DNA of 64,000 nt from Candidatus Paceibacter sp. (GCA_020725175.1 DYFM01000005.1:1855-65854), one strand, 5' to 3'; counted from the first letter of the stretch, positions 36,536 to 47,958 are shown. Numbers and translations are program-made. Notes: generated from the sequence alone by a model not told the origin.

Positions 36536-39178
36536 TTATTTCTTATTTATCTCAATTTTATTTTTCTTAATTCCAACGGTCACCGTATCGCCTTCAGCAA
36601 TAGTTCCTTCCACAATTTGGAGTGCCAGCGCATCAAGGAGCTCATGCTGAATAACCCGTTTCAATGGCCGTGCACCTAGGTTTGGATCATAGCCTTTTTT
36701 AGAAAGCCATTCCTTTGCCTTGTCCGTAACTTCAAGTACAATACGTTTTTCATGCATACGGCGATAGACTTGCTCCAGTTGGGTATCGACAATTTGACGA
36801 ATTTGTTTTTCTGTCAGCGGATGAAATACAATAATTTCATCAATTCGATTCAAAAATTCCGGTTTAAAATTTTCTCGAAGAGCTTCCATTACCCGAGAAC
36901 TGATTTTTTCTTCTCGTTTTGCTTTGGTGATAGTATCACTTTTTTCTGCAAATCCAAATTCACCCTTTCGTCCGAGTTGCATGATCATGTCACTCGCAAT
37001 ATTACTGGTCATGATAATAACCGTATTTTTGAAATTTACTTTTCTTCCTTTTGCGTCAGTCAAATGTCCATCTTCGAGAATCTGCAACATGATATTGAAT
37101 ACATCCGGATGGGCTTTTTCCACTTCATCAAACAAAACAACTGAATATGGTTTGCGGCGAATAACTTCAGTAAGCTGTCCACCCTCCTCATAGCCAACAT
37201 ATCCCGGTGGAGAACCAATAATTTTACTGGCCGTATGTTTTTCCATGTATTCAGACATATCCACCCGAACCAAAGCATTTTCATCGTTGAACATGAATTC
37301 AGCCAGAGTTTTAGCAAGTTCAGTTTTCCCTACACCAGTCGGGCCAAGAAAGATAAATGAACCAATCGGTCGTTTTTCCTCAGAAATACCGGCTCGTGAA
37401 CGGCGAATAGCATTTGCTACCGCTTTGATTGCTTCTTCTTGCCCAATAACTCGTTTGGCAAGTACACATTCTAAATGGGCAAGCTTACGTGTCTCATCCT
37501 CAAGCATTTTTTGAACCGGAATTCCAGTCCAACGCGCAACTACTCGCGCAATATCTTCTTCTGTCACTTCTTCCTTGAGAATCGCACGCTTACCTTGGAG
37601 TTCAGACAGTTTCTTTTCGTCCTGAGCAATTTGACGTTCCAATTCCGGAATGCGAGCATAGCGAATTTCAGCAACTTTTTGCAGATCTCCTTTTCGTTCT
37701 TCTATGTCAGCCTGCTGTTTCAGCTTGTCAATTTCTTTTTTTGCTTCCCGAATCTTGGTAATAATTTCTTTCTCGTGTTTCCAATGTACTTCTAGTTCGT
37801 TGCTTTGTTCTTTCAGATCTGCCAGTTCTTTGGAAAGCTTAGATTTCCGTTCCTCCGCCTCCGGATCATTTTCTTTTTTGAGCGCTCTTAGTTCAATCTC
37901 GGTTTTCATGATTCTTCGTTTCAGATGATCTAGGTCATCCGGCATAGATTCTATCTCCATTCGAATCGCAGAGGTTGCTTCATCAATAAGATCGATTGCT
38001 TTGTCAGGAAGAAATCGGTCGGTAATATAACGACTCGCCAATTTTACCGCAGAAACCACTGCTGAGTCAGTAATACGTACCCCGTGGTGTACTTCATATT
38101 TTTCTTTAATTCCACGAAGTATTGCGACAGCATCATCTTCACTTGGTTCTTTCACCATGACTGGCTGAAAACGGCGTTCAAAAGCCGCGTCTTTTTCAAT
38201 ATACTTCTGATATTCTTTGATGGTTGTCGCGCCAATAGTACGAAGTTCTCCACGGGCAAGTGCCGGCTTCAACATGTTTGACGCGTCTACCGCACCTTCA
38301 GAACTTCCAGCACCAATAATAGTATGAAGTTCGTCAATAAAAAGAATGATTTTTCCTTTGGAATTGGTTACTTCTTTCAATACAGCTTTTAGTCGTTCTT
38401 CAAACTCACCACGAAATTTTGTTCCGGCCACCAGTGCACCTATATCCAATCCTACCAATTCTTTTCCCTGTAAACTTTCCGGCACATCACCTTTGACAAT
38501 TCGTTGTGCCAACCCTTCTACAATGGCTGTTTTTCCAACACCTGGTTCACCAATAAGAACTGGATTATTCTTAGTTCTTCGGGTCAACACTTGCATAACC
38601 CGCCGAATTTCATCGTCTCGTCCGATCACTGGATCAAGTTTTTCCTTGCGAGCCATTTCAGTAAAATTTTGACCATACTTTTCAAGCGATTGATAGGTTG
38701 ATTCCGGAGTAGGGGAACTGACTTTTTGTGAACCACGAACTCCTGCCAATACTTTTAACACCATATCATAATCTATTCCTTCAGAAAGGAGCATGTCGCT
38801 AATGGGGTTTTTATTACTGAGAAAGGCCAGGAGAAGATGTTCAACACTTATATAGTCATCACCCATTTTTTTCGATTCTTGTTGAGCGTTTTTTAAAATA
38901 TACATGGCCCCTTGTCCCATAAGAACTTGCCCCATAGCGCCCGGACTCATACCAAACTGTCGAGGGAGCACATTCATCAGTGATTCAACGTCACCTTTAA
39001 GCTGATCAAGGTTTACGTTTAATTTTTGAAAAACTGCAATAACCACACCATCCTGTTGCTCCAATAGAGCGGCAAACAAGTGTGGCGGCTCTATCTGTGG
39101 CTGTCCATGATCGTTGGCGATTTCTTGAGCCCGCTGAATTGCTTCTTGTGATTTTTGGGTAAAATTTTGTGGATTCAT
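36536..39178 (-). CDS. clpB: ATP-dependent chaperone ClpB
   Basis: GEPGVGKT and GPTGVGKT Walker A motifs; long middle coiled coil; 880 aa. Confidence 0.96.
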   Translation of the reverse strand: MNPQNFTQKSQEAIQRAQEIANDHGQPQIEPPHLFAALLEQQDGVVIAVFQKLNVNLDQLKGDVESLMNVLPRQFGMSPGAMGQVLMGQGAMYILKNAQQESKKMGDDYISVEHLLLAFLSNKNPISDMLLSEGIDYDMVLKVLAGVRGSQKVSSPTPESTYQSLEKYGQNFTEMARKEKLDPVIGRDDEIRRVMQVLTRRTKNNPVLIGEPGVGKTAIVEGLAQRIVKGDVPESLQGKELVGLDIGALVAGTKFRGEFEERLKAVLKEVTNSKGKIILFIDELHTIIGAGSSEGAVDASNMLKPALARGELRTIGATTIKEYQKYIEKDAAFERRFQPVMVKEPSEDDAVAILRGIKEKYEVHHGVRITDSAVVSAVKLASRYITDRFLPDKAIDLIDEATSAIRMEIESMPDDLDHLKRRIMKTEIELRALKKENDPEAEERKSKLSKELADLKEQSNELEVHWKHEKEIITKIREAKKEIDKLKQQADIEERKGDLQKVAEIRYARIPELERQIAQDEKKLSELQGKRAILKEEVTEEDIARVVARWTGIPVQKMLEDETRKLAHLECVLAKRVIGQEEAIKAVANAIRRSRAGISEEKRPIGSFIFLGPTGVGKTELAKTLAEFMFNDENALVRVDMSEYMEKHTASKIIGSPPGYVGYEEGGQLTEVIRRKPYSVVLFDEVEKAHPDVFNIMLQILEDGHLTDAKGRKVNFKNTVIIMTSNIASDMIMQLGRKGEFGFAEKSDTITKAKREEKISSRVMEALRENFKPEFLNRIDEIIVFHPLTEKQIRQIVDTQLEQVYRRMHEKRIVLEVTDKAKEWLSKKGYDPNLGARPLKRVIQHELLDALALQIVEGTIAEGDTVTVGIKKNKIEINKK

Positions 39179-39235
39179 AATGTGTATTTAAAAGACAAAA
39201 TTGACTATTTTCTCAATCAAACTGTCCGAAGAGGA

Positions 39236-39262
39236 TTATCACTCTAATATAGAGAGTGCTAA
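39236..39262 (-). promoter_or_regulatory. CIRCE element (HrcA operator) upstream of clpB
   Basis: TTATCACTC-N9-GAGTGCTAA, one mismatch to TTAGCACTC-N9-GAGTGCTAA; directly downstream of TTGACA-16-TATAGT (39291-39264). Confidence 0.88.
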
Positions 39263-39348
39263 TACTATACCATACTGGAAATTGTTGTCAATATATGTTA
39301 AAGTTACGTATACTATAACAAATTTTTCAGTTACTGTGGAAAAAAATT

Positions 39349-39909
39349 ATGAAACATCGGGTTTTTGTTTCATTTCCAATACCAGAAGAAATCCAGGAGG
39401 AGCTCGCACTGTTCCAGCTTCAACTAAAGAAAAAAATCGGGGATAGAGAAATAAAATGGGTAAAAAAGCACCAATTTCACATTACCGGAGTATTTATCGG
39501 CAATATTCTCGACGTACAAGTCCATACTATTGAATCTGTCTTGCTAGATATAGGACAAACGTTTACGCCACTCTTCTTCCGTGCCAATTCTATTACATAT
39601 TTTCCTCACAGAAGTAAGCCGAAACTCCTCGTGATAGACATGAAGGATATGAATGGAGTGGGTGAAAAAATGGTAAAAACAATAAAAAAACAATTACGGA
39701 TAAACAATTTTTCTATGAACGACACAGCTTGGCGACCACACGTGACGCTCGGAAGAGTAAAACAAGAACTAGAAATACTCCCAGCACCTAAACTTCTTTT
39801 AGAGACTAAACTCGAGTGGCCAGTCAATACCATTGAACTTGTGAAAAGTACGCTCACTCCCTGTGGCCCTGTATATGAAGCACTTTTTATCGGTAAACTA
39901 AATCAATAA
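39349..39909 (+). CDS. thpR: RNA 2',3'-cyclic phosphodiesterase (2H family)
   Basis: Two HxT motifs: HITG and PHVTLGR. Confidence 0.85.
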   Translation: MKHRVFVSFPIPEEIQEELALFQLQLKKKIGDREIKWVKKHQFHITGVFIGNILDVQVHTIESVLLDIGQTFTPLFFRANSITYFPHRSKPKLLVIDMKDMNGVGEKMVKTIKKQLRINNFSMNDTAWRPHVTLGRVKQELEILPAPKLLLETKLEWPVNTIELVKSTLTPCGPVYEALFIGKLNQ

Positions 39910-39926
39910 GTTTATTTGTACCGACT

Positions 39927-40754
39927 ATGCCAATATCACGGTGTGAAACAGTTTTAGGTGTTCGGGTTGACTCTGCTTCTGCAGCTGATTTTTTACATAT
40001 AGTTGAAAATCATATTTCCAGTGCTCACAGGAGTAATCCTTGTGTTATCTTTACTCCAAATCCGGAAATGCTAGTTGCCAGTACAAAAGATACTTATTTT
40101 CAAGACGTACTAAATGAAGCCTCAATTAATCTCTGCGACGGATTCGGAACTGTATTGCTATATAAGGTATTATACCCGCGCAAGAAAAAAATTCAAAGAG
40201 TTACCGGAACAGACTTCATGCTTTCAATTTGTCAAATGGCCGCGTCCCTAGGTAAAACAGTGTACTTTCTAGGCAGTGGCCAGCAAGCTGTGCTGCAGCA
40301 AACTGTGGCCTACTTCAAAAAACACGTGCCAGGTCTTGCTATTGCTGGCTCACATCCAGGAATTTCAATTAGTATTGTAGAAAAAAAAGTTTATGGCTTG
40401 AGACGACGTGTGCTTGAAATGAACGAAACCGCGCACGATGAAATGATTCATGATATAATACTCAGAGCTCCGGATATATTGTTTGTCGCATTTGGACACG
40501 AAAAACAGGAAAAGTGGGTTATTGAAACTATCAAACATTTACCAAGCGTACAGGTAGTCATGGGAGTAGGCGGTGCCTTTGATTTTTACAGCGGAACAAT
40601 ACGACGAGCGCCACGGTTGCTCCAGTTACTCGGGCTCGAATGGTTTTGGAGAGGTATCCTCCAACCAGCTCGTTTCCGAAGAATCTTTACAGCAACTGTA
40701 CTATTTTCATTCCTAATGATTAAAGAACGATATACCAGTACTAAACATACTTAG
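39927..40754 (+). CDS. WecB/TagA/CpsF glycosyltransferase
   Basis: TPNPE, DG, KQEKW, GVGGAFD, RAP, GLEW. Confidence 0.92.
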   Translation: MPISRCETVLGVRVDSASAADFLHIVENHISSAHRSNPCVIFTPNPEMLVASTKDTYFQDVLNEASINLCDGFGTVLLYKVLYPRKKKIQRVTGTDFMLSICQMAASLGKTVYFLGSGQQAVLQQTVAYFKKHVPGLAIAGSHPGISISIVEKKVYGLRRRVLEMNETAHDEMIHDIILRAPDILFVAFGHEKQEKWVIETIKHLPSVQVVMGVGGAFDFYSGTIRRAPRLLQLLGLEWFWRGILQPARFRRIFTATVLFSFLMIKERYTSTKHT

Positions 40755-40764
40755 TAAAACATAT

Positions 40765-41526
40765 ATGCTCACAAATACCATGAAACAACACGTGACAAAG
40801 CTGCAACAGAAGAAGTATCGATACGAATTTCAAGAATTTATTATTGAAGGAAAAAAAGCAATAGATGAAGCATTCCAAAACACAGCAAAATTGACTACAA
40901 TTTTTATTCAAGAAGAAAAATCAGAATCTGAAGAATTTGATCAGGTTATTCAACGTGCAAAAAAAGAGCATATACCAGTCTACTTTGTTAGTAAAAAAGA
41001 TATTAAAGATATTAAAACCACATCAACGTATCCTGGCATATCGGCAATCGTTACTTTTCAGCCGCAAACATTGGCAACTATCACACAAAACACACCGATA
41101 ATTGTACTTGACAGTATCAATGACCCCGGGAACCTGGGTACTATTATTCGCACTGCGGATTGGTTTGGATTTACTACTATTCTTTTGTCAGAAAATTGTG
41201 TCGACCCGTACAATGAAAAAGTGGTACGATCGACCATGGGCTCTATATTTCACATGAACCTTATTCAGAGTACAAATATTGTTCAGGATGTCGCCCTGTT
41301 AAAACAAAAGAAATACAAAGCCTATGGCTTCACTATGAAGGGTAAAAACATCAAAGGCTTGAAAAAAAGTAAGAAATCTGTTTATATATTTGGCAGTGAA
41401 TCGCACGGAATTCAGGAGGACCTACTTCCTCTCTGTAATGGATTATATTCAATTCCTGGTAAAGGAAAAGCTGAATCATTGAACGTGGCTGTATCGGCGG
41501 CGGTTGTAATGTATAAAGTAGTGTAG
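40765..41526 (+). CDS. TrmH/SpoU family RNA methyltransferase
   Basis: DPGNLGTIIR, FGSESHG, ESLNVA. Confidence 0.92.
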   Translation: MLTNTMKQHVTKLQQKKYRYEFQEFIIEGKKAIDEAFQNTAKLTTIFIQEEKSESEEFDQVIQRAKKEHIPVYFVSKKDIKDIKTTSTYPGISAIVTFQPQTLATITQNTPIIVLDSINDPGNLGTIIRTADWFGFTTILLSENCVDPYNEKVVRSTMGSIFHMNLIQSTNIVQDVALLKQKKYKAYGFTMKGKNIKGLKKSKKSVYIFGSESHGIQEDLLPLCNGLYSIPGKGKAESLNVAVSAAVVMYKVV

Positions 41527-41559
41527 TTATTCATTATTTATTCAGAATCGTAATGTTAT

Positions 41560-43038
41560 ATGATAAAGACCAGAATCGCCCCAAGTCCAACCGGTTTTCT
41601 ACACGTCGGCAATCTTCGCACGGCCTTATTTTGCTACTTATACGCCAAAAAGAACCAAGGTCAATTTTTTATTAGAGTTGAAGACACTGATCGAGAGCGT
41701 TTGGTAGAAGGAGCAATTGAAAATATGCTTCAGTCATTGCATTGGGTAGGTATTATTCCGGATGAAGGGGTTGATTATGACGGACAAAAAGTTATTCAAA
41801 AAGGGGATAAAGGACCTTATGTCCAATCGGAGAGATTGGATATATATCAAACTTATATCAACCAGCTTATTCAGCAAAAAGACGCTTACCATTGTTTTTG
41901 TAGTCGAGAGCGTTTGGAAGAATTACGTAAAGTCCAGGAGTTGAATAAGCAGCCGGTTGGTTACGATGGTCATTGTCGATCTCTTGCTTCGGAATTTGTG
42001 GAGGAGCAGTTAAATAATAAAACACCATTTGTTATTCGCATGAAAATGCCCAAAGAAGGTACAACCACTTTTACAGATTTGGTTCGTGGAGATGTTACTT
42101 TTGAAAACAAACTTGTCGATGATCAGGTACTAATGAAAACAGACGGATTTCCCACATATCATTTTGCGGTGGTGGTTGATGATCATCTTATGGGAACCAG
42201 CCATGTTATGCGTGGAGAAGAGTGGATTTCTTCGACACCTAAACACATCACTCTTTATAAAATGTTTGGCTGGGAGGCTCCACAGTTTGCTCACTTATCA
42301 CTTTTGGTAAATGAAGAAAAGAAAAAACTGAGCAAGCGACACGGTGATGTATTTGTGAATGATTTTAAGGAAAAAGGCTACCTACCGGAAGCTTTGTTGA
42401 ATTTTATCGCTTTTCTGGGCTGGAATCCAGGTACTGATCAGGAAATTTTCTCTCTCGATGAACTTATCGCCAATTTTGATTTTTCAAAAGTTTCCAAAGC
42501 ACCGGCAGTTTTCAACCGAGAAAAATTAAACTGGTTCAACAAGCAATACTTGACCGTGATGAGTGACGATACATTGGTGGATAGGGCCTTACCATTTTTT
42601 ATAAATTCCGGACTATTATCTTCTCCTAAACAATACCCAAAACAATGGCTTTCTCGAGTAGTTTCACTGGAAAAAACTCGTTCAGCTACATTGGTGGAAT
42701 TGGTGGAACATGTTTCGTTCATCTTTGCCGATTCACTTGTCTACGATTCGGAGTTGCTAGTATGGAAAAAAAGTACTGCTGAAGATGCTAAAGAAAAACT
42801 AGTACAACTATCAAATCTTTTGACTACTTTTTCTGATCAAGAATGGAACAAGGGAGATCTTGAAACTAAAGTTCTCACCTGGATTAAAGAAAATGAATTT
42901 GGAGTTGGAGATGTTTTATGGCCCACTCGAGTTGCCCTATCCGGACAAAAAAATTCCCCCGGACCCTTTGAGATTATGGATGTATTGGGGAAGGAAAAAA
43001 CTCTATCTCGCCTGAACCAAGCCATTTCCTTGCTATAA
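41560..43038 (+). CDS. gltX: Glutamate--tRNA ligase
   Basis: RIAPSPTG, HVGN, KLSKR. Confidence 0.97.
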   Translation: MIKTRIAPSPTGFLHVGNLRTALFCYLYAKKNQGQFFIRVEDTDRERLVEGAIENMLQSLHWVGIIPDEGVDYDGQKVIQKGDKGPYVQSERLDIYQTYINQLIQQKDAYHCFCSRERLEELRKVQELNKQPVGYDGHCRSLASEFVEEQLNNKTPFVIRMKMPKEGTTTFTDLVRGDVTFENKLVDDQVLMKTDGFPTYHFAVVVDDHLMGTSHVMRGEEWISSTPKHITLYKMFGWEAPQFAHLSLLVNEEKKKLSKRHGDVFVNDFKEKGYLPEALLNFIAFLGWNPGTDQEIFSLDELIANFDFSKVSKAPAVFNREKLNWFNKQYLTVMSDDTLVDRALPFFINSGLLSSPKQYPKQWLSRVVSLEKTRSATLVELVEHVSFIFADSLVYDSELLVWKKSTAEDAKEKLVQLSNLLTTFSDQEWNKGDLETKVLTWIKENEFGVGDVLWPTRVALSGQKNSPGPFEIMDVLGKEKTLSRLNQAISLL

Positions 43039-43043
43039 TATGT

Positions 43044-43295
43044 ATGTTGGTTAGAAGAAAACATGACCTTCTTTCAAAAGAAAAACGTGAAGTAGTCATT
43101 GAAAAAATTATTAGCTATTTTCATACCGAAAGAAACGAAACTATCGGTATTATAGCAGCCGGAGAATTTTTAGACATGCTACTACAAATGATTGCGGAAG
43201 ATATTTACAACCTCGCCATTGAGGATGCGAAAGTAACAGTAAAACAATCCTTTGAAAATCTGGAAGTAAACTTGGGTCTTTTGCTAAATAAGTAA
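43044..43295 (+). CDS. DUF2164-like protein
   Basis: YFxxERxExIG...YNxAIEDA pattern. Confidence 0.7.
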   Translation: MLVRRKHDLLSKEKREVVIEKIISYFHTERNETIGIIAAGEFLDMLLQMIAEDIYNLAIEDAKVTVKQSFENLEVNLGLLLNK

Positions 43296-43371
43296 GCATC
43301 ACTCTCCCTATTTTATCAACACCAAACAACCTTTCTCAAACCCTCGACATATGCTATACTAAACATAGCAT

Positions 43372-44616
43372 ATGAAACGTTTCTTCGTAATACTTCTCAT
43401 TATTAGCATCGGCGCCGCGAGTCAGCCGTTTTTTGCGTATACCACGACACCCGCTACCGGAGGTACACAAGAGGAAATTAACTCGCTTAATAAAGAAATA
43501 GAAGCTAAAAAAGCCAAGATAAAGCAAATTGAAGAGACTATTTCTGCTTACAAAAAGAAGATTGAAGAAAAACGCACAGAAGCAGTTTCTATTTCCAACC
43601 AACTTGCCATTCTTGATAATCGAATAGCTCAGGTAGAACTTGATATTGAAGCAACTACCGCTACTCTTGAGGCAATTGAACTTGAGATCAAGCAACTACA
43701 GCTTTCTATCAACGAAAAACAACAGATTGTAGATAAACAAAAAGACATGCTCGGCGAGTTAGTTCGACTCCTTCACTACCAACAATCAAAGAAAACCATT
43801 GAAGTGTTGGCAGCATACGACAGTTTTTCAGAATTTTATACCACAGTTCAACACCTAGAAAATCTGGAGCGCAATCTAGGAAAACAAGCAAAAATGATTC
43901 GCCTTGCCAAAGAAGAATTGGAAACAAAACGAACCGAACAAGAAAAACGTCGTGAGTCATACAAAGAACTAACAGCTAAGCTTGAAAAGCAAAAAGAAGA
44001 CCTTGATCACCGAATTGACGGAAAAGAAGTGCTTCTAGCTGCCGCCCAATCATCCGAGTTGGAATATAAGACTGTTGTTAATAGTCTTAAAAAGCAATAC
44101 CAGGCAGTTGAAGGGGAAATTTCCACTATTGAGCGGCAAGTACGACAAAAACTTGAATCAGAAAAGAAAATCACCAAAGAACCGGAATCCCCAACCGGTG
44201 AGGTCATTCTTTCCTGGCCGGTAAATAGCCGGTATGTTACCGCCTATTTTTACGATCCATCTTACCCATATCGAAACGTCTTTGAACATAATGCCATCGA
44301 TATCGCAGTTGGGCAGGGGACAACGGTACGTGCGGCAGCCAGTGGCTATGTAGCTAGAGCCAAACGTTGTACTACCGCATCATGCTATGCCTATGTTATG
44401 ATTGTGCATTCTGGTGGCATTTCTACTGTTTATGGTCATTTGAGTCGAATTGATGTAGCTGAAGATCAGTTTGTAACTCGCGGTGATGTGATCGGTCTTT
44501 CCGGTGCCAGACCGGGTACTATTGGTGCCGGCCCTTTCACTACCGGTCCACATCTTCATTTTGAAACTCGTAAAAATGGTATTCCGGTGAATCCGTTGAA
44601 TTATTTAGAAAAATAG
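43372..44616 (+). CDS. Coiled-coil M23 peptidase (murein hydrolase, EnvC-like architecture)
   Basis: Signal peptide, long coiled coil, HNAID, YGH, TGPHLHFE. Confidence 0.9.
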   Translation: MKRFFVILLIISIGAASQPFFAYTTTPATGGTQEEINSLNKEIEAKKAKIKQIEETISAYKKKIEEKRTEAVSISNQLAILDNRIAQVELDIEATTATLEAIELEIKQLQLSINEKQQIVDKQKDMLGELVRLLHYQQSKKTIEVLAAYDSFSEFYTTVQHLENLERNLGKQAKMIRLAKEELETKRTEQEKRRESYKELTAKLEKQKEDLDHRIDGKEVLLAAAQSSELEYKTVVNSLKKQYQAVEGEISTIERQVRQKLESEKKITKEPESPTGEVILSWPVNSRYVTAYFYDPSYPYRNVFEHNAIDIAVGQGTTVRAAASGYVARAKRCTTASCYAYVMIVHSGGISTVYGHLSRIDVAEDQFVTRGDVIGLSGARPGTIGAGPFTTGPHLHFETRKNGIPVNPLNYLEK

Positions 44617-44662
44617 TAGCTCTCACAAACAACAGACTATTATTAGTCATGTTGAACAAGTA

Positions 44663-44744
44663 AACAGACCGCGAATGAAACGGATTAAACAAAATGCAAC
44701 GAATTCGTTTTTATCTATCTAATCTGTTTCATTCGCGGTCTATT
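44663..44744. repeat. ATAGACC-family palindrome
   Basis: AGACCGCGAATGAAAC...GTTTCATTCGCGGTCT. Confidence 0.85.
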
Positions 44745-44824
44745 TTGCTTCATAGCTATATAACTAAAAAATTATCTAAAACTACACCAATTTGTGTAGT
44801 TTTTTCTTTGTGGATAACCCACCT

Positions 44825-44853
44825 TTGACAAGAGAACAAATGTTCTCTATACT
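44825..44853 (+). promoter_or_regulatory. Promoter with SOS-box-like operator in the spacer
   Basis: TTGACA-17-TATACT; spacer palindrome AGA-GAAC-AAAT-GTTC-TCT. Confidence 0.85.
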
Positions 44854-44896
44854 ACAGACATCTTCTACCGCGGGAGGAGGAGAGAGGAGTATGTCT

Positions 44897-44982
44897 GAAC
44901 TTACGAATTGAGTACGAACATACGAAGTAAAATTATCGTTTTGTTCGTAGTTCGTACGTTCGTATTTACTGTTCGTAAGTTC
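44897..44982. repeat. Inverted array of TACGAA/TTCGTA units in the lexA-like leader
   Basis: GAACTTACGAA...TTCGTAAGTTC termini, several internal units. Confidence 0.8.
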
Positions 44983-45014
44983 GAATACATATTGAATTTT
45001 AAACTAAATATAAT

Positions 45015-45593
45015 ATGACAGCTGACCTATATAACCAGCGTAAAGAAGAGTTGGTCCAATATTACAAAAAATACAAACAACTCCCAACCTACGATGAATT
45101 GGTTGAGTTGTTTCATCTGCGTTCCAAAGGATCACTACACAAATACATTCAAAAATTTATTGATGATGAACTGATTGGAAAAAGTGATACTGGCAAACTT
45201 ATTCCAACAACAAAATTGTACGGACTGAGGGTACTTGGCTCTGTACAAGCCGGGTTCCCAACCGCCGCCGAAGAAGAAGATGTAGATACCATGAGTCTTG
45301 ATGAGTACCTTATTGGCAATCCGCAAGCTAGTTTCATGCTTACTGTTTCCGGAGACTCGATGATTGACGCCGGAATCATGGAAGGAGACATGGTGATTGT
45401 GGATCGAGGGAGAGTGCCAAAAAGTGGTGATATCGTTGTTGCCGAAGTCGATCATGACTGGACTCTCAAATACTTTATCAAACGTGGTAGCACTCTGTTT
45501 CTAAGAGCTGCCAATAAAAAATACCCAGACATTCATCCACAAGAAGAACTCAAAATTGGAGGGGTAGTCACAAGCGTCATTCGCAAATACTAA
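45015..45593 (+). CDS. LexA/UmuD family S24 protein with N-terminal HTH
   Basis: PTYDEL HTH region, VQAGFP cleavage site, GDSM, TLK. Confidence 0.9.
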   Translation: MTADLYNQRKEELVQYYKKYKQLPTYDELVELFHLRSKGSLHKYIQKFIDDELIGKSDTGKLIPTTKLYGLRVLGSVQAGFPTAAEEEDVDTMSLDEYLIGNPQASFMLTVSGDSMIDAGIMEGDMVIVDRGRVPKSGDIVVAEVDHDWTLKYFIKRGSTLFLRAANKKYPDIHPQEELKIGGVVTSVIRKY

Positions 45594-45688
45594 CCAACTT
45601 CTTAGAAAAAAAAGAAATCTACCTATTTTTTATAGCTCATTTTTTCGACCTCAAATAACAAAATAAACCATCTCTAACACCTACACAT

Positions 45689-47014
45689 ATGAAACACACC
45701 ACCCACAATCACCGCATGATTTTACATGTTGACGCTGATGCTTTTTTTGCTAGCTGTACCCAAGCCACTCATGTAACGTATCAAGGCAAGCCCTTGGTAA
45801 CCGGTCGAGATAGGGGGATGGTAATAGCGGTAAGTTATGAAGCAAAAGCTCGTGGAGTGCGACGCGGTATGTTGATCAGTGAGGCAAAAAAAATCTGTCC
45901 AGAGCTTATTGCGGTAGAAAGTGATTACGAAACGTACAGCCTTTTTTCCAGACGTTTGTTTGCTATTTTACGTCGATACACCTCGGAGGTAGAGGAGTAT
46001 AGTGTTGATGAAGCATTTCTAGATATTACTGGACTACGCAAACCACTCAAAATGAGTTATGAAAAAATAGCAAAAGATATTCAAAAAACTATCAAACAAG
46101 AACTCAACATCACTGTCTCGGTTGGTCTTGCACCTACCAAAGTACTGGCAAAAGTGGCCTCAAACAAAAACAAACCATACGGATTTGTGAAAATCAGCAA
46201 CTTTTCTATTGAAAAATATCTAAAAAGTTTACCAGTACATGAAATTTGGGGAGTAGGTAATAATACCGCCAGTTATATGAACAAACTGGGAATTTTTACC
46301 GCCCTTGACTTTGTTCGCATATCACCTGAATCTGTCATATATAATTTCACCAAACCACACCAAGAAATTTGGCGTGAGTTGCAAGGAGAGTTGGTCTATC
46401 CGGTTATTACCGAAGAAAAAACCAGTTACGCCTCTATATCAAAAACTCGCACTTTTAGCCCAGCAAGTAGCAATAAAACCACTGTATACGCCGAACTCAT
46501 TCGCAATTTAGAAGGGGCTTGTAGTAAAGCACGCTTCCATGGTCTAGTTGCCAAACGCATTACTATCTTCTTAAAAACACAACAATTTACCACTGTCGCT
46601 CTTGAAGCTTGCCTGACTCGCGCTTCTGCCTATCCAAAAGATATTACTGCTATTGCACACCAGCTGTTCGACTCACTTTACAAGAATACGGTACAGTACC
46701 GAGCTACCGGTATTGTACTATCGGATTTACAAGAAAATACCTCTATCCAACAATCTCTTTTTGAATCTCCGGTGGAGTTGCAACGTCTTCAGCATGTATA
46801 CGATGCAGTTGACAATCTTACCAGAAAATTTGGCTCAAAAACCATTCATCTGGCTGCCAGCATGAAACCAAAAGCCACACCATTATCACCTGTAAAGACT
46901 GTTCGTGAAATGAAAGAAGAAAAAGAACTAGCTTTTTCTGAATGGCTAAAAAATGGCGGTATTTTAGGCAATAAACACTTGAACATTCCGCAATTATTTG
47001 GTACGATGGGGTAG
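45689..47014 (+). CDS. Y-family DNA polymerase (DinB/UmuC-like)
   Basis: HVDADAFFAS, SYEAK, YSVDEAF, LAKVAS. Confidence 0.93.
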   Translation: MKHTTHNHRMILHVDADAFFASCTQATHVTYQGKPLVTGRDRGMVIAVSYEAKARGVRRGMLISEAKKICPELIAVESDYETYSLFSRRLFAILRRYTSEVEEYSVDEAFLDITGLRKPLKMSYEKIAKDIQKTIKQELNITVSVGLAPTKVLAKVASNKNKPYGFVKISNFSIEKYLKSLPVHEIWGVGNNTASYMNKLGIFTALDFVRISPESVIYNFTKPHQEIWRELQGELVYPVITEEKTSYASISKTRTFSPASSNKTTVYAELIRNLEGACSKARFHGLVAKRITIFLKTQQFTTVALEACLTRASAYPKDITAIAHQLFDSLYKNTVQYRATGIVLSDLQENTSIQQSLFESPVELQRLQHVYDAVDNLTRKFGSKTIHLAASMKPKATPLSPVKTVREMKEEKELAFSEWLKNGGILGNKHLNIPQLFGTMG

Positions 47015-47035
47015 TAAAAAGATATTTTATATCCT

Positions 47036-47572
47036 ATGAACCCCTTTTCCAATAATATCATCTTCTACGATTCAGAATTTACGTTTCTCGATCCACGAAA
47101 AGGGGAGTTGCTTTCTATAGGACTGGTGAAGTACACCGGTGAAGAACTGTATGTGGAGTTTGAATATGAAGGAGAGATGGATCCGTGGGTAGTGGAACAT
47201 GTAATTCCACACCTCCATGGGCCAAGATACTCAAAATCAATAGCCAAAGAGCTGATCAGAGATTTCATTGGACCGTCAAAAAATGAAAAAGAAAAACCAT
47301 TTCTTGTTTCATACGTGAATCAATTCGATTCAGTTTTTTGGTACGACTTGTTTGATTCACCAACAGACCATCCGGTATTTCGTACGCCGATAGATTTTGC
47401 ATCCATCTTGTTTGGGTATGGGTATCATCCAAACAGTCTAGGACGTCACGATTTTTGGAAACAGTATGGGATAGAAGGGTTACAGTATGAGGATCGGGAT
47501 CACAATGCTCTTGAAGATGCAAAAATTCTACGAGAGGTATATATACAATTTTACAAAGAACAAGACACATAA
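47036..47572 (+). CDS. DEDDh 3'-5' exoribonuclease-like protein
   Basis: YDSEF, LLSIGLV, FD, HNALEDA. Confidence 0.8.
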   Translation: MNPFSNNIIFYDSEFTFLDPRKGELLSIGLVKYTGEELYVEFEYEGEMDPWVVEHVIPHLHGPRYSKSIAKELIRDFIGPSKNEKEKPFLVSYVNQFDSVFWYDLFDSPTDHPVFRTPIDFASILFGYGYHPNSLGRHDFWKQYGIEGLQYEDRDHNALEDAKILREVYIQFYKEQDT

Positions 47573-47958
47573 ACCCAAACATAAACCATAGGTGTAAAAC
47601 CCATCTTATTACATCCAAAAAAAATTGGTTATATGTCGTACAATATAATTATAGTATATTGTATACGGTATAGACATTACAGGTACAAATGTAAATTGAT
47701 ACATAAGAATCTTATCGCAATCTAGCTAGTTAGAAGTAGATGAAATTGGATACAAAAAACATTTAAAGAAAGCGGAAAATATACTGTAAGCAATCATGTA
47801 TCAACAAATCACTAATTCTATAAAAATAACCCACTCTGTACATTCGCTTTACATATATTGTGCGAATATAAATGTTATATTATAGTGGATAGTATTGATC
47901 AGTTAACCAGAAACTTCTTATACCCTCCTCTCTCTAATTTCTCTTAAAGTACTCTAAT

